A stretch of 64,000 bases of DNA. Source: Chloroflexota bacterium. GTDB lineage: Bacteria; Chloroflexota; UBA11872; VXOZ01. Each line of letters begins with the position of its first letter. Within the stretch, counting starts at the first letter, position 1. Where the stretch lies: assembly GCA_965221905.1 (NCBI GenBank), contig OZ244922.1, positions 3,382,956-3,446,955 of the forward strand, in the 5' to 3' direction. Below, piece after piece: positions 29,251-39,239 of this stretch. The translations under genes and the position numbers were made by a program. The notes beneath the pieces are model-generated. The model was not told where the DNA came from. It did not search any database and was given only the letters and a program-made list of their open reading frames with translations.

Positions 29251-31833
29251 TTACATCTTACTGCCACCGGACGCTGCTTGCCTAGCAGATTGGGACTTGG
29301 GCGGCAGGCCGCGAAGGTGCAGGAGCGTGCCCGCTAGAAGTGCCAGCAATCCAAGTGCCGCAAGACGCAACCCGAGTGCAAATCCCGGCGGCGTGTAGCG
29401 AATCTCAACCCGCTGCGACTCCGCAGTGATCGGCACCGCCATGCCGAGCACATTCGCCGGGATGATTTTCGCCGGTTGGCCGTCTACGTGCGCTGTCCAC
29501 CCATCTAGGGGCGCTTGGAGCCAGACCAGTAGGCCCGCGCCGTCGGTTCGCACCATAATCTCGGCGTGATGGTTACCCAAATTAGCGACACGCACCGTTG
29601 AGCCGGACGGCGTCAGGCGAGAGCCTAATGCAAGGTCTGGCTCGCGTTCAAGCACAAGCCCCTCCGCGCCGAGGATGGATAACGACTCGTCCAGACCGCC
29701 GGCAACCGCGTATTCTCCCGCGAGAAAGAGCAGTGGCGCGGCTTTTTCAAGTCTATACGTGTACACCGTGATCTGCCCGCCCGTCAGTGGAATGGTCTCC
29801 AGTGCAATCAGGGTGAGCAAGGGCGAATCGAGCACTTCCAGGGATGTGATGAAGCGCACTCCCAGCTTTGCCAGTACCGGCAGGCGGCTGAGGAAAATCT
29901 CGCGTTTTGCGGCAGCATCGCGCGTGGAGTCGCCCACAAAACCGGGCGTATGGGCTCGTTCGCTCCCAATGAAGTTCAGTACTGCGTCCTGACTAGCCGT
30001 CATCAAGTTCTCGTATCCATCCAGGCTCGGAATACCGTACGCAACACTGCGGTTGGGAGCCAGCGCCGCAATGGTTGTCCGGTACTGTAACGAGAAGTAA
30101 TCAGCGCCTGTGGGATCAAGGCTCTGCGAATTCTCGAGTTCATGGCGGAGTCCGCCCAGTCGCCATCCGAAGATTCGTCCCGGTGCGGCGTCTGCACGCA
30201 CGGCCTCCACCGCCGCGGGCAAGGTATTCATGAAGCTGCGCGATACGCTGGGCACGAGATTTCGATTGCCCACCAGCAGCGTGCCGGCCGCCACGACGAC
30301 TACTAAGATGATCGGGAGCATGTGGTTCTGGCGGCGGCGCAGCCACAGCAGGGCCAGACCCGCGCCCAGGAGCGAGAGAGCATAGAACGGCACTAGGGGT
30401 TCGTCGAGGCGCACCGACCGGCCGACCGCGGCGATCTCGTTCGCCATTGTGTTGTAATAGAACGCCGGGCTCTGTAGTTTCGTTGGGTCGGTGAGTACAA
30501 CGCGGTCGACATACGAACGGCCTGCCGCCGCAATCTGCGTATCGAACAGTCTGAAAGCGAGGGTGGCAAGGAGACCGCCAAGCGCGAGAAGAGCGGATAA
30601 CACAATGAACGCACGCTGGGAATAGCGGACTATGCGTCCCGCAAGCAGTGTGGTGTCAGCAAACAGCCTATCTACACCAAAGGCCGCGAGCAAGGCGATA
30701 CTCGCATTCACGGTGACAACGGCGCGATGCGGATCGCGGAAGAAGCTGAATCCAGGGACCTGCTGGAGAAGGCCGTAGACCGGCGTATACGCGCCAAGTG
30801 CCATGATAGCGCTGGCGGTAAATGTGACTACGAAGGCGCGCACCGGCAAGCTGGACCGCCAGCCGGTAGCGCCGACAATTGCAAAGATAACCGGAAGTGC
30901 CCCCACGAATAGCAGCCCTTGCGCGGTGAGCAGACGCGGAATATGAAAATCGAGAAAGACAAACCCAAGGAGGAAAGACCAAGGCGCCACTGAGACTCCA
31001 CTAGCAGAATCCCCACCGCTGCGGGCAGATTCCGCAAGCAGCGCGAGGGTGGGGAGCCAGCGGATTAGGCTAATCGCACCGCCAACTGCGAAAGCAGTTC
31101 CGAGCGAGAGTGCAAGGCGCAGACCGTGCAGGCGGCTAAGCCGCATCGCCGCTGCGATTCGTGCAAGCGCGTACACTCCCGGCACAGCGAAGAGATAACC
31201 AAAGAGTTGTGGGTGACCGCCCAGGAGCGCCAGGGCAATCGTAATGCCTAAGAGCGGCCACCCCCACCAGCGCCGGTCGCTGAGACTTTGGACACCCAGC
31301 AACGCCAACGGCATCAATGCGATTAGAGGAGAAATATTATCGAAGTGCAGGGTGCCGAGCGTGAAGGTATTCAGCGCATAGACGCTTCCTCCCAGATAGG
31401 CCGCGACCGGACGAATGCCCAACACGCGCAAAAAAGTGTATAGTCCCAATGCGCCGATGCAGAGGTGGACTATCATTGAGACTGCGTAGCCCGTGGACGA
31501 GGGCAGCAGCAGGAGAAAAGGCCAGTGCAACGGGTAAAACCACGAATACTCGCTGAAGGCGATGGGAAAGCCCCCCAGGATGTCTGACGTCCAGAAAGGG
31601 AATTCGCCGCTGCGAATGTGCTTTGCCAGCCACTCGGCCCAAACCTGGTGCGCAAGAATCAGGTCGCCATTCAGCCAGTGCTCACCCAGCGCCAGCAGAC
31701 GCCAAAACGGCCACAGACAAAGGAGCACAAGCGCCACAACGGCGTAGCGGTCCGCGTTGCCCTTGCCGCTGAGGCGCTGCAGGAGAAGCTCGATTCTTTG
31801 CGTCACGAGTGGGAGTGAAGCTGGCTGCCGCAT
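29251..31833 (-). CDS. YfhO family polytopic membrane protein (putative envelope glycosyltransferase)
   Basis: 860 aa; N-terminal DLILAHQVWAEWLAKHIRSGEFPFWTSDILGGFPIAF matches the YfhO opening motif; more than 12 TM helices and a large C-terminal extracytoplasmic domain. Confidence 0.6.
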   Translation of the reverse strand: MRQPASLPLVTQRIELLLQRLSGKGNADRYAVVALVLLCLWPFWRLLALGEHWLNGDLILAHQVWAEWLAKHIRSGEFPFWTSDILGGFPIAFSEYSWFYPLHWPFLLLLPSSTGYAVSMIVHLCIGALGLYTFLRVLGIRPVAAYLGGSVYALNTFTLGTLHFDNISPLIALMPLALLGVQSLSDRRWWGWPLLGITIALALLGGHPQLFGYLFAVPGVYALARIAAAMRLSRLHGLRLALSLGTAFAVGGAISLIRWLPTLALLAESARSGGDSASGVSVAPWSFLLGFVFLDFHIPRLLTAQGLLFVGALPVIFAIVGATGWRSSLPVRAFVVTFTASAIMALGAYTPVYGLLQQVPGFSFFRDPHRAVVTVNASIALLAAFGVDRLFADTTLLAGRIVRYSQRAFIVLSALLALGGLLATLAFRLFDTQIAAAGRSYVDRVVLTDPTKLQSPAFYYNTMANEIAAVGRSVRLDEPLVPFYALSLLGAGLALLWLRRRQNHMLPIILVVVVAAGTLLVGNRNLVPSVSRSFMNTLPAAVEAVRADAAPGRIFGWRLGGLRHELENSQSLDPTGADYFSLQYRTTIAALAPNRSVAYGIPSLDGYENLMTASQDAVLNFIGSERAHTPGFVGDSTRDAAAKREIFLSRLPVLAKLGVRFITSLEVLDSPLLTLIALETIPLTGGQITVYTYRLEKAAPLLFLAGEYAVAGGLDESLSILGAEGLVLEREPDLALGSRLTPSGSTVRVANLGNHHAEIMVRTDGAGLLVWLQAPLDGWTAHVDGQPAKIIPANVLGMAVPITAESQRVEIRYTPPGFALGLRLAALGLLALLAGTLLHLRGLPPKSQSARQAASGGSKM

Positions 31834-32047
31834 GTCTGTAATTATGACACGATAGATTCAGGAAGTTGAATTAGACCTACCCCTTCATGAGGTTCCGCCG
31901 CGTCCGCGCACAGCGCTAAGCGCGCTTTACGGGCAACGAAGGGGTTTCCCAATACGAGCCTGAACGTTGAGCCGCAGCATTGAGATAGCTTATAGTATTA
32001 GTCAGTACAGATGAATAATTGAGATAACGAATTAAGGACCCATTGCG

Positions 32048-32332
32048 ATGGGAGTGAGAGTATATATTCCGACGCCCTATCGTCGTTTCACCGGCAACCA
32101 ATCGCGAGTGGAAATTGAAGCGACAACGGTAGAACAGCTTCTCCAGGAACTGGAGCGACAATTTCCCGGCATCGGCGCACAGATCGCAGACGAAAACGGT
32201 GACATTCCCGGCTACCTCAACGTCTACGTAAACACTGAAGAAGTGCGCACCCTCCAAGGCAAAGACACAGCCCTCGCGGACGGCGACGAAATCTCGGTGA
32301 TCCCCGCCATGGCGGGGGGAGCAAGAGCGTAG
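32048..32332 (+). CDS. MoaD/ThiS-family ubiquitin-like sulfur-carrier protein with Gly-Gly plus 3-residue C-terminal tail
   Basis: 94 aa beta-grasp-like protein ending ...ISVIPAMAGGARA (GG followed by ARA). Confidence 0.55.
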   Translation: MGVRVYIPTPYRRFTGNQSRVEIEATTVEQLLQELERQFPGIGAQIADENGDIPGYLNVYVNTEEVRTLQGKDTALADGDEISVIPAMAGGARA

Positions 32333-32638
32333 CATCAGCTATTTGCTTCCGTTGCGCTTGCACAGAGGCCAATGAATATCGGCTCCAAGTGGATGCTTGT
32401 GTGGAGCCATAGCATTCTCGTTCGCTAACCAGAAACGCGTGGATGTCACTGATTCCTGGTTTGGTGGGCTGCAATTGAAATTCAACTCATGCTTTCGGCC
32501 TTTTCTCGCACTGCCTTCTTGTGCAAGGGTTGGCTCCACGTAGATCTAATCGACGGCGCTTTGCTATAAAAGACAACCGGCTTCTTGCGGCGCCGCACAT
32601 CGCTGCTCACTGCTACTTAGACCCACAAGAGACCTGGA

Positions 32639-34924
32639 ATGAGTGCCAAGGGCTTTAATCCTATGCGCCGACAGTTCTATTCACTCAAGCTGGCGCACGC
32701 ACTCTTCGTGTCACTGCCAAATTGGATGGCAGCTGGAATAAGTTCTCTGCGCAATGAGACCGTGAAATGGGCCTTCCTTCTGGGAGGCGCGGCATTTCTG
32801 TTGTCATCGCTCTTTGTCTTCCTCGTCGCGCAGCCAACGATCGATGTGGTGGATGGCCCAATCTACCACACGATTGGCTACCACTTGGCGCAAGAATTTC
32901 AGTACAACGGGGGAGCGTATCCTTATCCGCTCTACCCCATCTTTCTCGCGGTCATCTATGCGCTGGGGGGAGCCTACTTCGCCGTCTATCTTGTGCAAGG
33001 ACTGCTTCTTGCTCTAACTGTCGGTCTTAGCTACTGGTTGGCACGTCACCTGGCCGGCCACGGCGCCGGATTGTTTGCTGCGCTGCTTGTAACGCTCGAT
33101 GCGACGTTGTTGGGAAACGTCGGACTGATTGCTACCGAGAATCTGCAAACACCGCTGCTTTTGTTGGCGGTGATTCTTTCTCTTCATTCGTTGGGTCAAG
33201 AGAGGGCACGCTACCACATAGGAGCGGGAGTTCTATGGGGTATAGTGACCCTGGTAAAACCCGCAACGCTTCTCTGGCCGCCTTTACTCTTGCCGGTTTA
33301 CCTTGTCACTAGAGGTCGCCTCGGATGGCGGCCATGGCTCTTACTTGTGCTTGCTTTCATGCTGACTCTTTCGCCTTGGCTGCTGCGGAACCAGCTTGCA
33401 TCGGATGCGACGGAAACGGGCCAATTCTACAATCTCAACAAAGAGGGCTATTCTACCCTGTTAATGCACATTGCTGACGAAGGTGAGGTGAAGTATGACG
33501 CGAATCAGTTGTGGCCAAAGCTACAAGCTATGGTCGAGGAGGCGCGAGCACAAAGTATTGAGCCCGGATCTACGGAGTTTGAACTCTATACACTGCGTCT
33601 ACTTTGGCAACGGATTGGGCATTCACCGAGAGCGTATTTCGGGCATCTATGGAGTAACTTTTCATACTTCTGGACAGAGCCGCCGATAGTTTGGGTAGTT
33701 TCGGTTAACAACCATCGCTTTTTGCATGGGTATCGGCAAACGCCTGGTTACGGCGAACACGCCCGATTACATATGGCTTTAGCGCTAATGGGGCTTCTCT
33801 CAATATTGCTTCTGTACCGACAAAGACCGCGTGCAGCTTTATGTATCACAGCCTTTCTCCTCTACTATGCACTCTTTTACACCATGTACATAGTGGAGCC
33901 TCGTTTCAGTGTGCCCGTAATGCCACTGACGCTCGTTTGCGCGGCAGTGTGTCCCACATTGGCGGTCAATGCCCTCAAGGAAAGATTTGAAGGTCTTCGA
34001 GTACTTGGCAACGTGTGCTTGGCAGCGATCGCCGTGGGGCTTGTGACCGGCGTGGCAGTCCATCAGATTCTGCAAAGACCGAACTATATTCAGGGGGACT
34101 CTTTTGAGACACCCCAAGCGGAGGAGGAATGGGTGTTTGTGGAACAGCTTGGTGAACCCAGAGCCCCGCTGGTAGTGGATCCTTATCACGCGCGTGATGG
34201 CTTTCAGTCTGCCGTGTTGCACATTGGTCCAAATGAGCGTGGTGCCGAGACACGGTTCTTTCAAGAGGCAATCGTTTGGTTCGATACGAATTATCGGCTT
34301 AAGTTTTCCTATCTCGTTACTGAGGGTAAACCGCAGTTTTACGTCCTGGTGCTGGAATGGGACGCTTTCAAGGAGGGATGGAAGGAGGTGGGGAAGGAAT
34401 TTCTACCAGTGGTATCGAACATATGGTCGGAGTATGAGTACGAATTCGAGGTCAGCGGTTCGGCGCGGATGGTTTCGGTGTTTTTTGGACTATATATCGA
34501 GCCGGGCACGGTATTGATAGATAACGTTAGTCTGGAACTAGCCGAGCCGATCGGCGAGATAGCGCGGCGACAGTATTTATTGACTGATCCGATGACAGTC
34601 AATCGGTTTAACTACTTGCCGTTGGAGATGTGGGTAAATACGCAACCTGAAGAGAATCGGACCTTCCTGCTCAACAATCCAAATGTCTCACAAGAGAACG
34701 GCTGGCGGGGCAGTGATGCGGGACTTGAGAGAGTGCCGTACATTGTAGGCGCGGTAGTGATGGTAGTTTGGGTCTTTGTGTCGATGCTGTTCATTCGACT
34801 GCAGGTGATTAGGTTGATTGTAAATAGGGGGCTGCTGGATTTGGCCAAGATGGGCGTCATAGTTGTGATAGTGGCAGCACAAGCTGCGACATGTTATCTG
34901 CTGCTCTTTAGTCGCCCCCAATAG
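32639..34924 (+). CDS. glycosyltransferase family 39 (ArnT/PMT-like) membrane protein with large C-terminal domain
   Basis: N-terminal TM region with YHTIGYHLAQEF...YPYPLYPIFLAVIYALGG typical of GT39/PMT_2; 761 aa; C-terminal half visibly lower in GC. Confidence 0.55.
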   Translation: MSAKGFNPMRRQFYSLKLAHALFVSLPNWMAAGISSLRNETVKWAFLLGGAAFLLSSLFVFLVAQPTIDVVDGPIYHTIGYHLAQEFQYNGGAYPYPLYPIFLAVIYALGGAYFAVYLVQGLLLALTVGLSYWLARHLAGHGAGLFAALLVTLDATLLGNVGLIATENLQTPLLLLAVILSLHSLGQERARYHIGAGVLWGIVTLVKPATLLWPPLLLPVYLVTRGRLGWRPWLLLVLAFMLTLSPWLLRNQLASDATETGQFYNLNKEGYSTLLMHIADEGEVKYDANQLWPKLQAMVEEARAQSIEPGSTEFELYTLRLLWQRIGHSPRAYFGHLWSNFSYFWTEPPIVWVVSVNNHRFLHGYRQTPGYGEHARLHMALALMGLLSILLLYRQRPRAALCITAFLLYYALFYTMYIVEPRFSVPVMPLTLVCAAVCPTLAVNALKERFEGLRVLGNVCLAAIAVGLVTGVAVHQILQRPNYIQGDSFETPQAEEEWVFVEQLGEPRAPLVVDPYHARDGFQSAVLHIGPNERGAETRFFQEAIVWFDTNYRLKFSYLVTEGKPQFYVLVLEWDAFKEGWKEVGKEFLPVVSNIWSEYEYEFEVSGSARMVSVFFGLYIEPGTVLIDNVSLELAEPIGEIARRQYLLTDPMTVNRFNYLPLEMWVNTQPEENRTFLLNNPNVSQENGWRGSDAGLERVPYIVGAVVMVVWVFVSMLFIRLQVIRLIVNRGLLDLAKMGVIVVIVAAQAATCYLLLFSRPQ

Positions 34925-35163
34925 GCTTCCGAACGAGGGTTGTTTGAGAAGTGTCATTCATGACAGGTGTCTGCTTCCGGAGCTTCCCCTTCAAAATTCG
35001 TCTACTCTCCTAATTGTCCTAGAGTACTGATTCATTCGCTAGCGCATCGATTGTTTCGCCGAGACAACGTTGGACAGGCCTCGGCCCTTCTCCTAGAATG
35101 GCAAGTGGATCAGCAGATTCCCTATTGCTCGTGTGACAGTTGCAGGATTTAAGTAGCGCATCG

Positions 35164-36459
35164 ATGATTCCCCGGTATACCCGCCCCGCAATGGGCACAA
35201 TTTGGTCGGAGGAGCACAAGTTTGCCACCTGGCTCCAGGTAGAGCTTGCCGTGTGTGAAGCGTGGTCGGAGCACGGTAGGGTGCCGGCAGATGACATGGC
35301 GAAGCTACGGAAGGCTCGGCCCCCGTCCATGAAACGCATTGCGGCGATCGAGCGGGAGATCGACCACGACCTGAACGCTTTTCTCATGGCGGTAGCGGAG
35401 CAATTGGGCGACGAGAGCCGGTTTCTCCACCTGGGCTTGACCTCCTACGACGTGGAAGACACGGCGACCGGTATGCGTTTGCGGGACGCCGCCGATCTGC
35501 TGCTGGAAGGTATCGCCGCGCTGACACAAGTGCTGGAAGAAGCAGCGGTTGCCTACAAAGACGTGCCGCAGATAGGGCGCACCCACGGCGTGCAGGCCGA
35601 GCCGATTACGTTTGGCTATAAGCTGCTCGTTTGGGTGGATGAGATGCGCCGCAACCGGCGGCGGCTGGAAGTGGCGCGGGCGCAGGTGGCGGTGGGCAAG
35701 GTTTCCGGCGCGGTGGGCACCCACGCCAACGTGCCGCCGGAGATCGAGGACCGCGTGTGCGCCATGCTCGGCCTGGCGGTTGCGCCCACCTCGACGCAGA
35801 TTATCCAAAGGGACCGCCATGCTGATTTCGTCACCACGCTGGCGGTGATTGCCGCCTCACTTGAGAAGTTTTCCACCGAAATTCGCAACCTGCAGCGCAC
35901 CGAGATCTTGGAGGTGGAAGAACCCTTCGAGCGCGGACGCGTAGGCTCCTCCGCTATGCCGCACAAACGAAACCCCGCCCGCTGCGAGCGTATTTCCGGC
36001 CTGGCGCGCTTGATGCGGTCCTATGCGCTCACGGCGCTGGAGAACGTGGCGCTCTGGCACGAACGGGACATTACCAACTCCGCTCCCGAGCGCGTCATCC
36101 TGCCCGATTCGTGCACTATCCTCGACTATATGCTCGATCTATTCACCCGCGTCATGGCGGATCTCCGCGTGTACCCCGAGAATATGGCAAGGAATATCGA
36201 GCAGACTCGCGGTCTCGTCTTTAGCGAGGCGGTGCTCTTGGCGCTGATCGACCACGGACTCACGCGGCAGAATGCCTACGCCATTGTGCAGGAACACGCC
36301 ACTGCGGCGTGGGAGACGGGCGCGGACTTCGCCGCCCTCCTGAAAGGCGATCCGCGGGTACGCGTGCACCTGGATGAGGCTGAGATCGACGCGCTCTTTG
36401 ACGCGCGCCACCACCTGCGCCACATCGATGCGTCATTTGAGCGCATGGGGTTGTCCTAG
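35164..36459 (+). CDS. purB: adenylosuccinate lyase
   Basis: MIPRYTRPAMGTIWSEEHKFATWLQVELAV (cf. PurB MIERYTRPEM...), fumarate-lyase signature GSSAMPHKRNP; start moved to the ATG at 35164. Confidence 0.93.
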   Translation: MIPRYTRPAMGTIWSEEHKFATWLQVELAVCEAWSEHGRVPADDMAKLRKARPPSMKRIAAIEREIDHDLNAFLMAVAEQLGDESRFLHLGLTSYDVEDTATGMRLRDAADLLLEGIAALTQVLEEAAVAYKDVPQIGRTHGVQAEPITFGYKLLVWVDEMRRNRRRLEVARAQVAVGKVSGAVGTHANVPPEIEDRVCAMLGLAVAPTSTQIIQRDRHADFVTTLAVIAASLEKFSTEIRNLQRTEILEVEEPFERGRVGSSAMPHKRNPARCERISGLARLMRSYALTALENVALWHERDITNSAPERVILPDSCTILDYMLDLFTRVMADLRVYPENMARNIEQTRGLVFSEAVLLALIDHGLTRQNAYAIVQEHATAAWETGADFAALLKGDPRVRVHLDEAEIDALFDARHHLRHIDASFERMGLS

Positions 36460-36514
36460 TAATCGCTGTCGCGCGGGGTAAAGTACTCTGAGTCCGATGC
36501 CGCTTGTCGGCCGC

Positions 36515-36700
36515 GATTGGCGATGGCTTCCCGGCGGGGGACAAGCCTCCGCGCTACGGTCTCAGATACGTCTTTCCCGCGAAAGCAGGAATCCATCTTC
36601 TCTGCGCCACCTACCACCGACCCCGGCGGGGGACAAGCCCCCGCGCTACAGGCTTACTTTGAGTTGAAGTAGCACATCTACCGTTCGTGCTGAGCCTGTC
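36515..36700. repeat. mosaic of REP families C-A-C-D (GGGGACAAGCCCCCGCGCTACGG; TCCCGCGAAAGCAGGAATCCATCTTC; CCGTTCGTGCTGAGCCTGTCGAAG)
   Basis: direct reading of four different repeat modules back-to-back downstream of purB. Confidence 0.8.
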
Positions 36701-36964
36701 GAAGTACGAACGGCATGACGGGCTCAACACGAGCGGCAAAGTAGGCTTGGCACGTACGGCAAGTCAGGCTCAATACGAACGAAAAAAGAACGCGCCAAGA
36801 ACGGTAAAAAGGCTTCAGCACGCACCGCAACTAGCAACCCACCAAGAACTGCATGATGGGTTTGACGCGGACTTCAGAATACGGTGTAAAGCCAACGTCA
36901 AGAAGGGAACGACCCGAATTGCAAAACGGGAATCACACCCTTAATCGGGTCTCCATATCTCGGC

Positions 36965-37759
36965 CTATTCGTCGTGAGGCGCCGGCTCGATGATGGTGCA
37001 ATAGGCCCCTTGCGGATCGCAGATGAATGCGAATTGCCCCACGCCATCCACCGCCATGGCAGGGGAAATCTTTTGCCCGCCGAGGCTTTGCAATTTCTCT
37101 AGTGAAGCGTCCAAGTTGGCAACAGCGAGGTAGATAGACCAATTGGGGGGAATCGGTCCCCATTCCTCCCGAATCGCCATCATGCCCGCAGCCGGTCTAT
37201 CGCCAAGACTAAACAGATTATACTCGCTGCCGTCGCCGCTCTGCGTCTTCTCCACCGACCAGCCGAAGAGGCTCGTGTAGAACTGCGCAGCGGCTGCGGT
37301 GTCGCGAGTATACAGTTCGTTCCACGCCAGCGCGCCCGGCTCGCCAAAGACCTCGGCGCCGATCTGGTTGAGAGGCTGCCACACCGAAAACCCGGCGCCG
37401 GTGGGGTCCTGGGCGACGAGCAGCCGTCCCGCGTCCATGACGTCAACCGGCTCCTGCGCCACCGTGCCGCCCAGCTTCTTGACTGCGGCCGACGTTTCGT
37501 CGGCGCTCTCCACCGTGAAGTAGCTCTGCCACACCGGCCGGCCGCCGGTCATCTGCTTCATCTCTGCCGGCATCGTGTAGAGCGAAAAGACGTTCTTGCC
37601 TCGCTTCCGGAGCATGCAGAAATCCACGCCGTTGGGAAGCGGCATGACGTTTGCTTCTAGGTCCAGAAACGCCGTATAGAATTGCTTGGAGCCTGCAAAA
37701 TCGGGCGTTCCCAAATCCGCCCAACTGAACATGCCGGGTTCATGCTTCGTTACGTCCAT
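36965..37759 (-). CDS. VOC (glyoxalase/bleomycin-resistance/dioxygenase) family protein, two-domain
   Basis: start at MDVTKHEPGMFSWADLGTPD; two repeats of the VOC-like fold (FSWADLGT.., ..LAWNELYT..). Confidence 0.6.
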   Translation of the reverse strand: MDVTKHEPGMFSWADLGTPDFAGSKQFYTAFLDLEANVMPLPNGVDFCMLRKRGKNVFSLYTMPAEMKQMTGGRPVWQSYFTVESADETSAAVKKLGGTVAQEPVDVMDAGRLLVAQDPTGAGFSVWQPLNQIGAEVFGEPGALAWNELYTRDTAAAAQFYTSLFGWSVEKTQSGDGSEYNLFSLGDRPAAGMMAIREEWGPIPPNWSIYLAVANLDASLEKLQSLGGQKISPAMAVDGVGQFAFICDPQGAYCTIIEPAPHDE

Positions 37760-37871
37760 CGTCACCTCGTTTTGGTAGTGCGTGTCACTGTGTGAACTGG
37801 TTAATCCCACACAGTATATAGTAGAACCTGAAGATTGAGACGGGCAACAAGACTGGAGAATTTGGCTCAAT

Positions 37872-38753
37872 ATGGATGACGTAATTCTGGAAACGGCGCT
37901 CCCCATACCCCTGTTCGCGCGCGGGAAAGTGCGCGACATGTACGATCTCGGCGACCGGTTGCTGATCGTCACGACCGATCGCATTTCGGCCTTTGACGTG
38001 GTGCTGCCGTTGGGGATTCCTGAGAAAGGCCGGGTGCTCAATCAACTCTCTGCATTTTGGTTCCAGCGCATGGGACACCTCATCCCAAACCACCTCATCA
38101 CCACAGACGTAGCGGCATACCCGGCTGCACTGCAGGCCGACCGTGAAATGCTGGCGGGGCGCAGCATGCTAGTGCGCAAAGCAGAGCGGATCGATGCCGA
38201 GTGCGTGGTGCGGGGCTATCTCGCGGGTACCGGCTGGCGCGACTACGTACGCACCGGTGAAGTCTGCGGCCACAAACTGCCACCGGGTATGGTGGAGAGC
38301 CAGGAGTTTTCTGAGCCCATCTTTACGCCCGCTGCTAAGGCCGAGACCGGCCACGACGAGAACATTTCGCGCACAGAACTGGCCTCGTGTATCGGCACGG
38401 AGCTCGCGGCACGCCTCGAAGAGGCATCGCTTGCCATCTACAACTTCGGGCGCGCAGAGGCCCGAAAGGCCGGCCTGATCGTGGCTGATACGAAATTCGA
38501 GTTCGGCCTGTGCGGAGACGAGCTAATTCTGATCGACGAGGCATTTACGCCGGATTCGTCGCGCTACTGGGATACTGACATCTACGAGCCCGGTCGTCCC
38601 CAGCCGAGCTACGACAAAGAATTCGTGCGTGAGTGGCTGCGCCAGAGCGGCTGGAACATGGAACCCCCGGCCCCCATGCTACCGGACGAAATCGTGCAGA
38701 AGACGAGCGAGAAATACCAAGAAGCCCTGCGCCGCATCACGGCGATTCCCTAG
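37872..38753 (+). CDS. purC: phosphoribosylaminoimidazole-succinocarboxamide synthase (SAICAR synthetase)
   Basis: GKVRDMYDLGDRLLIVTTDRISAFD, ADTKFEFG, WDTD blocks of PurC. Confidence 0.93.
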   Translation: MDDVILETALPIPLFARGKVRDMYDLGDRLLIVTTDRISAFDVVLPLGIPEKGRVLNQLSAFWFQRMGHLIPNHLITTDVAAYPAALQADREMLAGRSMLVRKAERIDAECVVRGYLAGTGWRDYVRTGEVCGHKLPPGMVESQEFSEPIFTPAAKAETGHDENISRTELASCIGTELAARLEEASLAIYNFGRAEARKAGLIVADTKFEFGLCGDELILIDEAFTPDSSRYWDTDIYEPGRPQPSYDKEFVREWLRQSGWNMEPPAPMLPDEIVQKTSEKYQEALRRITAIP

Positions 38754-38783
38754 AGCAACCAGACATACAATTCTGGTCAATCG

Positions 38784-39239
38784 TTACAGAATGTGTAATC
38801 TGCGCATTGTCCACTTACAAATTGAGTGCCAGACGTATTTCCACAATACCGGTGATGTTGCGTCTTTCACTATGCAAGTGCCCAGGCCAATGACTCCGCC
38901 AAATTCCTCTGCCTTCTTGTAGCGGTCCTGGATTCGTATTCTTGTGATCCGCTCTTCAGACATGGCTGGTGCCCACTCAACCTTATTGCGTTTGATCCAG
39001 TAGTGGGATCGACACGCAATGCTCCAGTTACCAATTGACGGCTGAAGAGAAACGGACTTGCCGTCGAAGGTCATTTGCCAGTCAGTAGGGTCTAGGGGCG
39101 TGACTACTTCGATCCCGCAACCGCAACAACACTTGTGGACTACTGTTGCGAAAGGAATTGACACGTACAGTACACCCTCGACTAGGTCTTCAGGGATGAA
39201 ATGAACGAACTCGTGGAAGAGAGAGTTGATTCGAGTCAC
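38784..39239 (-). CDS. Cys-cluster protein of unknown function (HKCCCGCG), third gene of the Ubl-E2/E1 operon
   Basis: 151 aa; GTG start overlaps the stop of the upstream gene (GTGA); Cys/His candidates VVHKCCCGCG...SIACRSHYW...WHSIC; no HxH JAB motif, no HNH motif; low GC. Confidence 0.55.
   Translation of the reverse strand: MTRINSLFHEFVHFIPEDLVEGVLYVSIPFATVVHKCCCGCGIEVVTPLDPTDWQMTFDGKSVSLQPSIGNWSIACRSHYWIKRNKVEWAPAMSEERITRIRIQDRYKKAEEFGGVIGLGTCIVKDATSPVLWKYVWHSICKWTMRRLHIL

Noticed and set aside
36687-36944. 85-aa ORF (MLSLSKYERHDG...)
   Set aside because: The start lies in a family-D repeat (it encodes the LSLSK peptide). It is a repeat-derived artefact.
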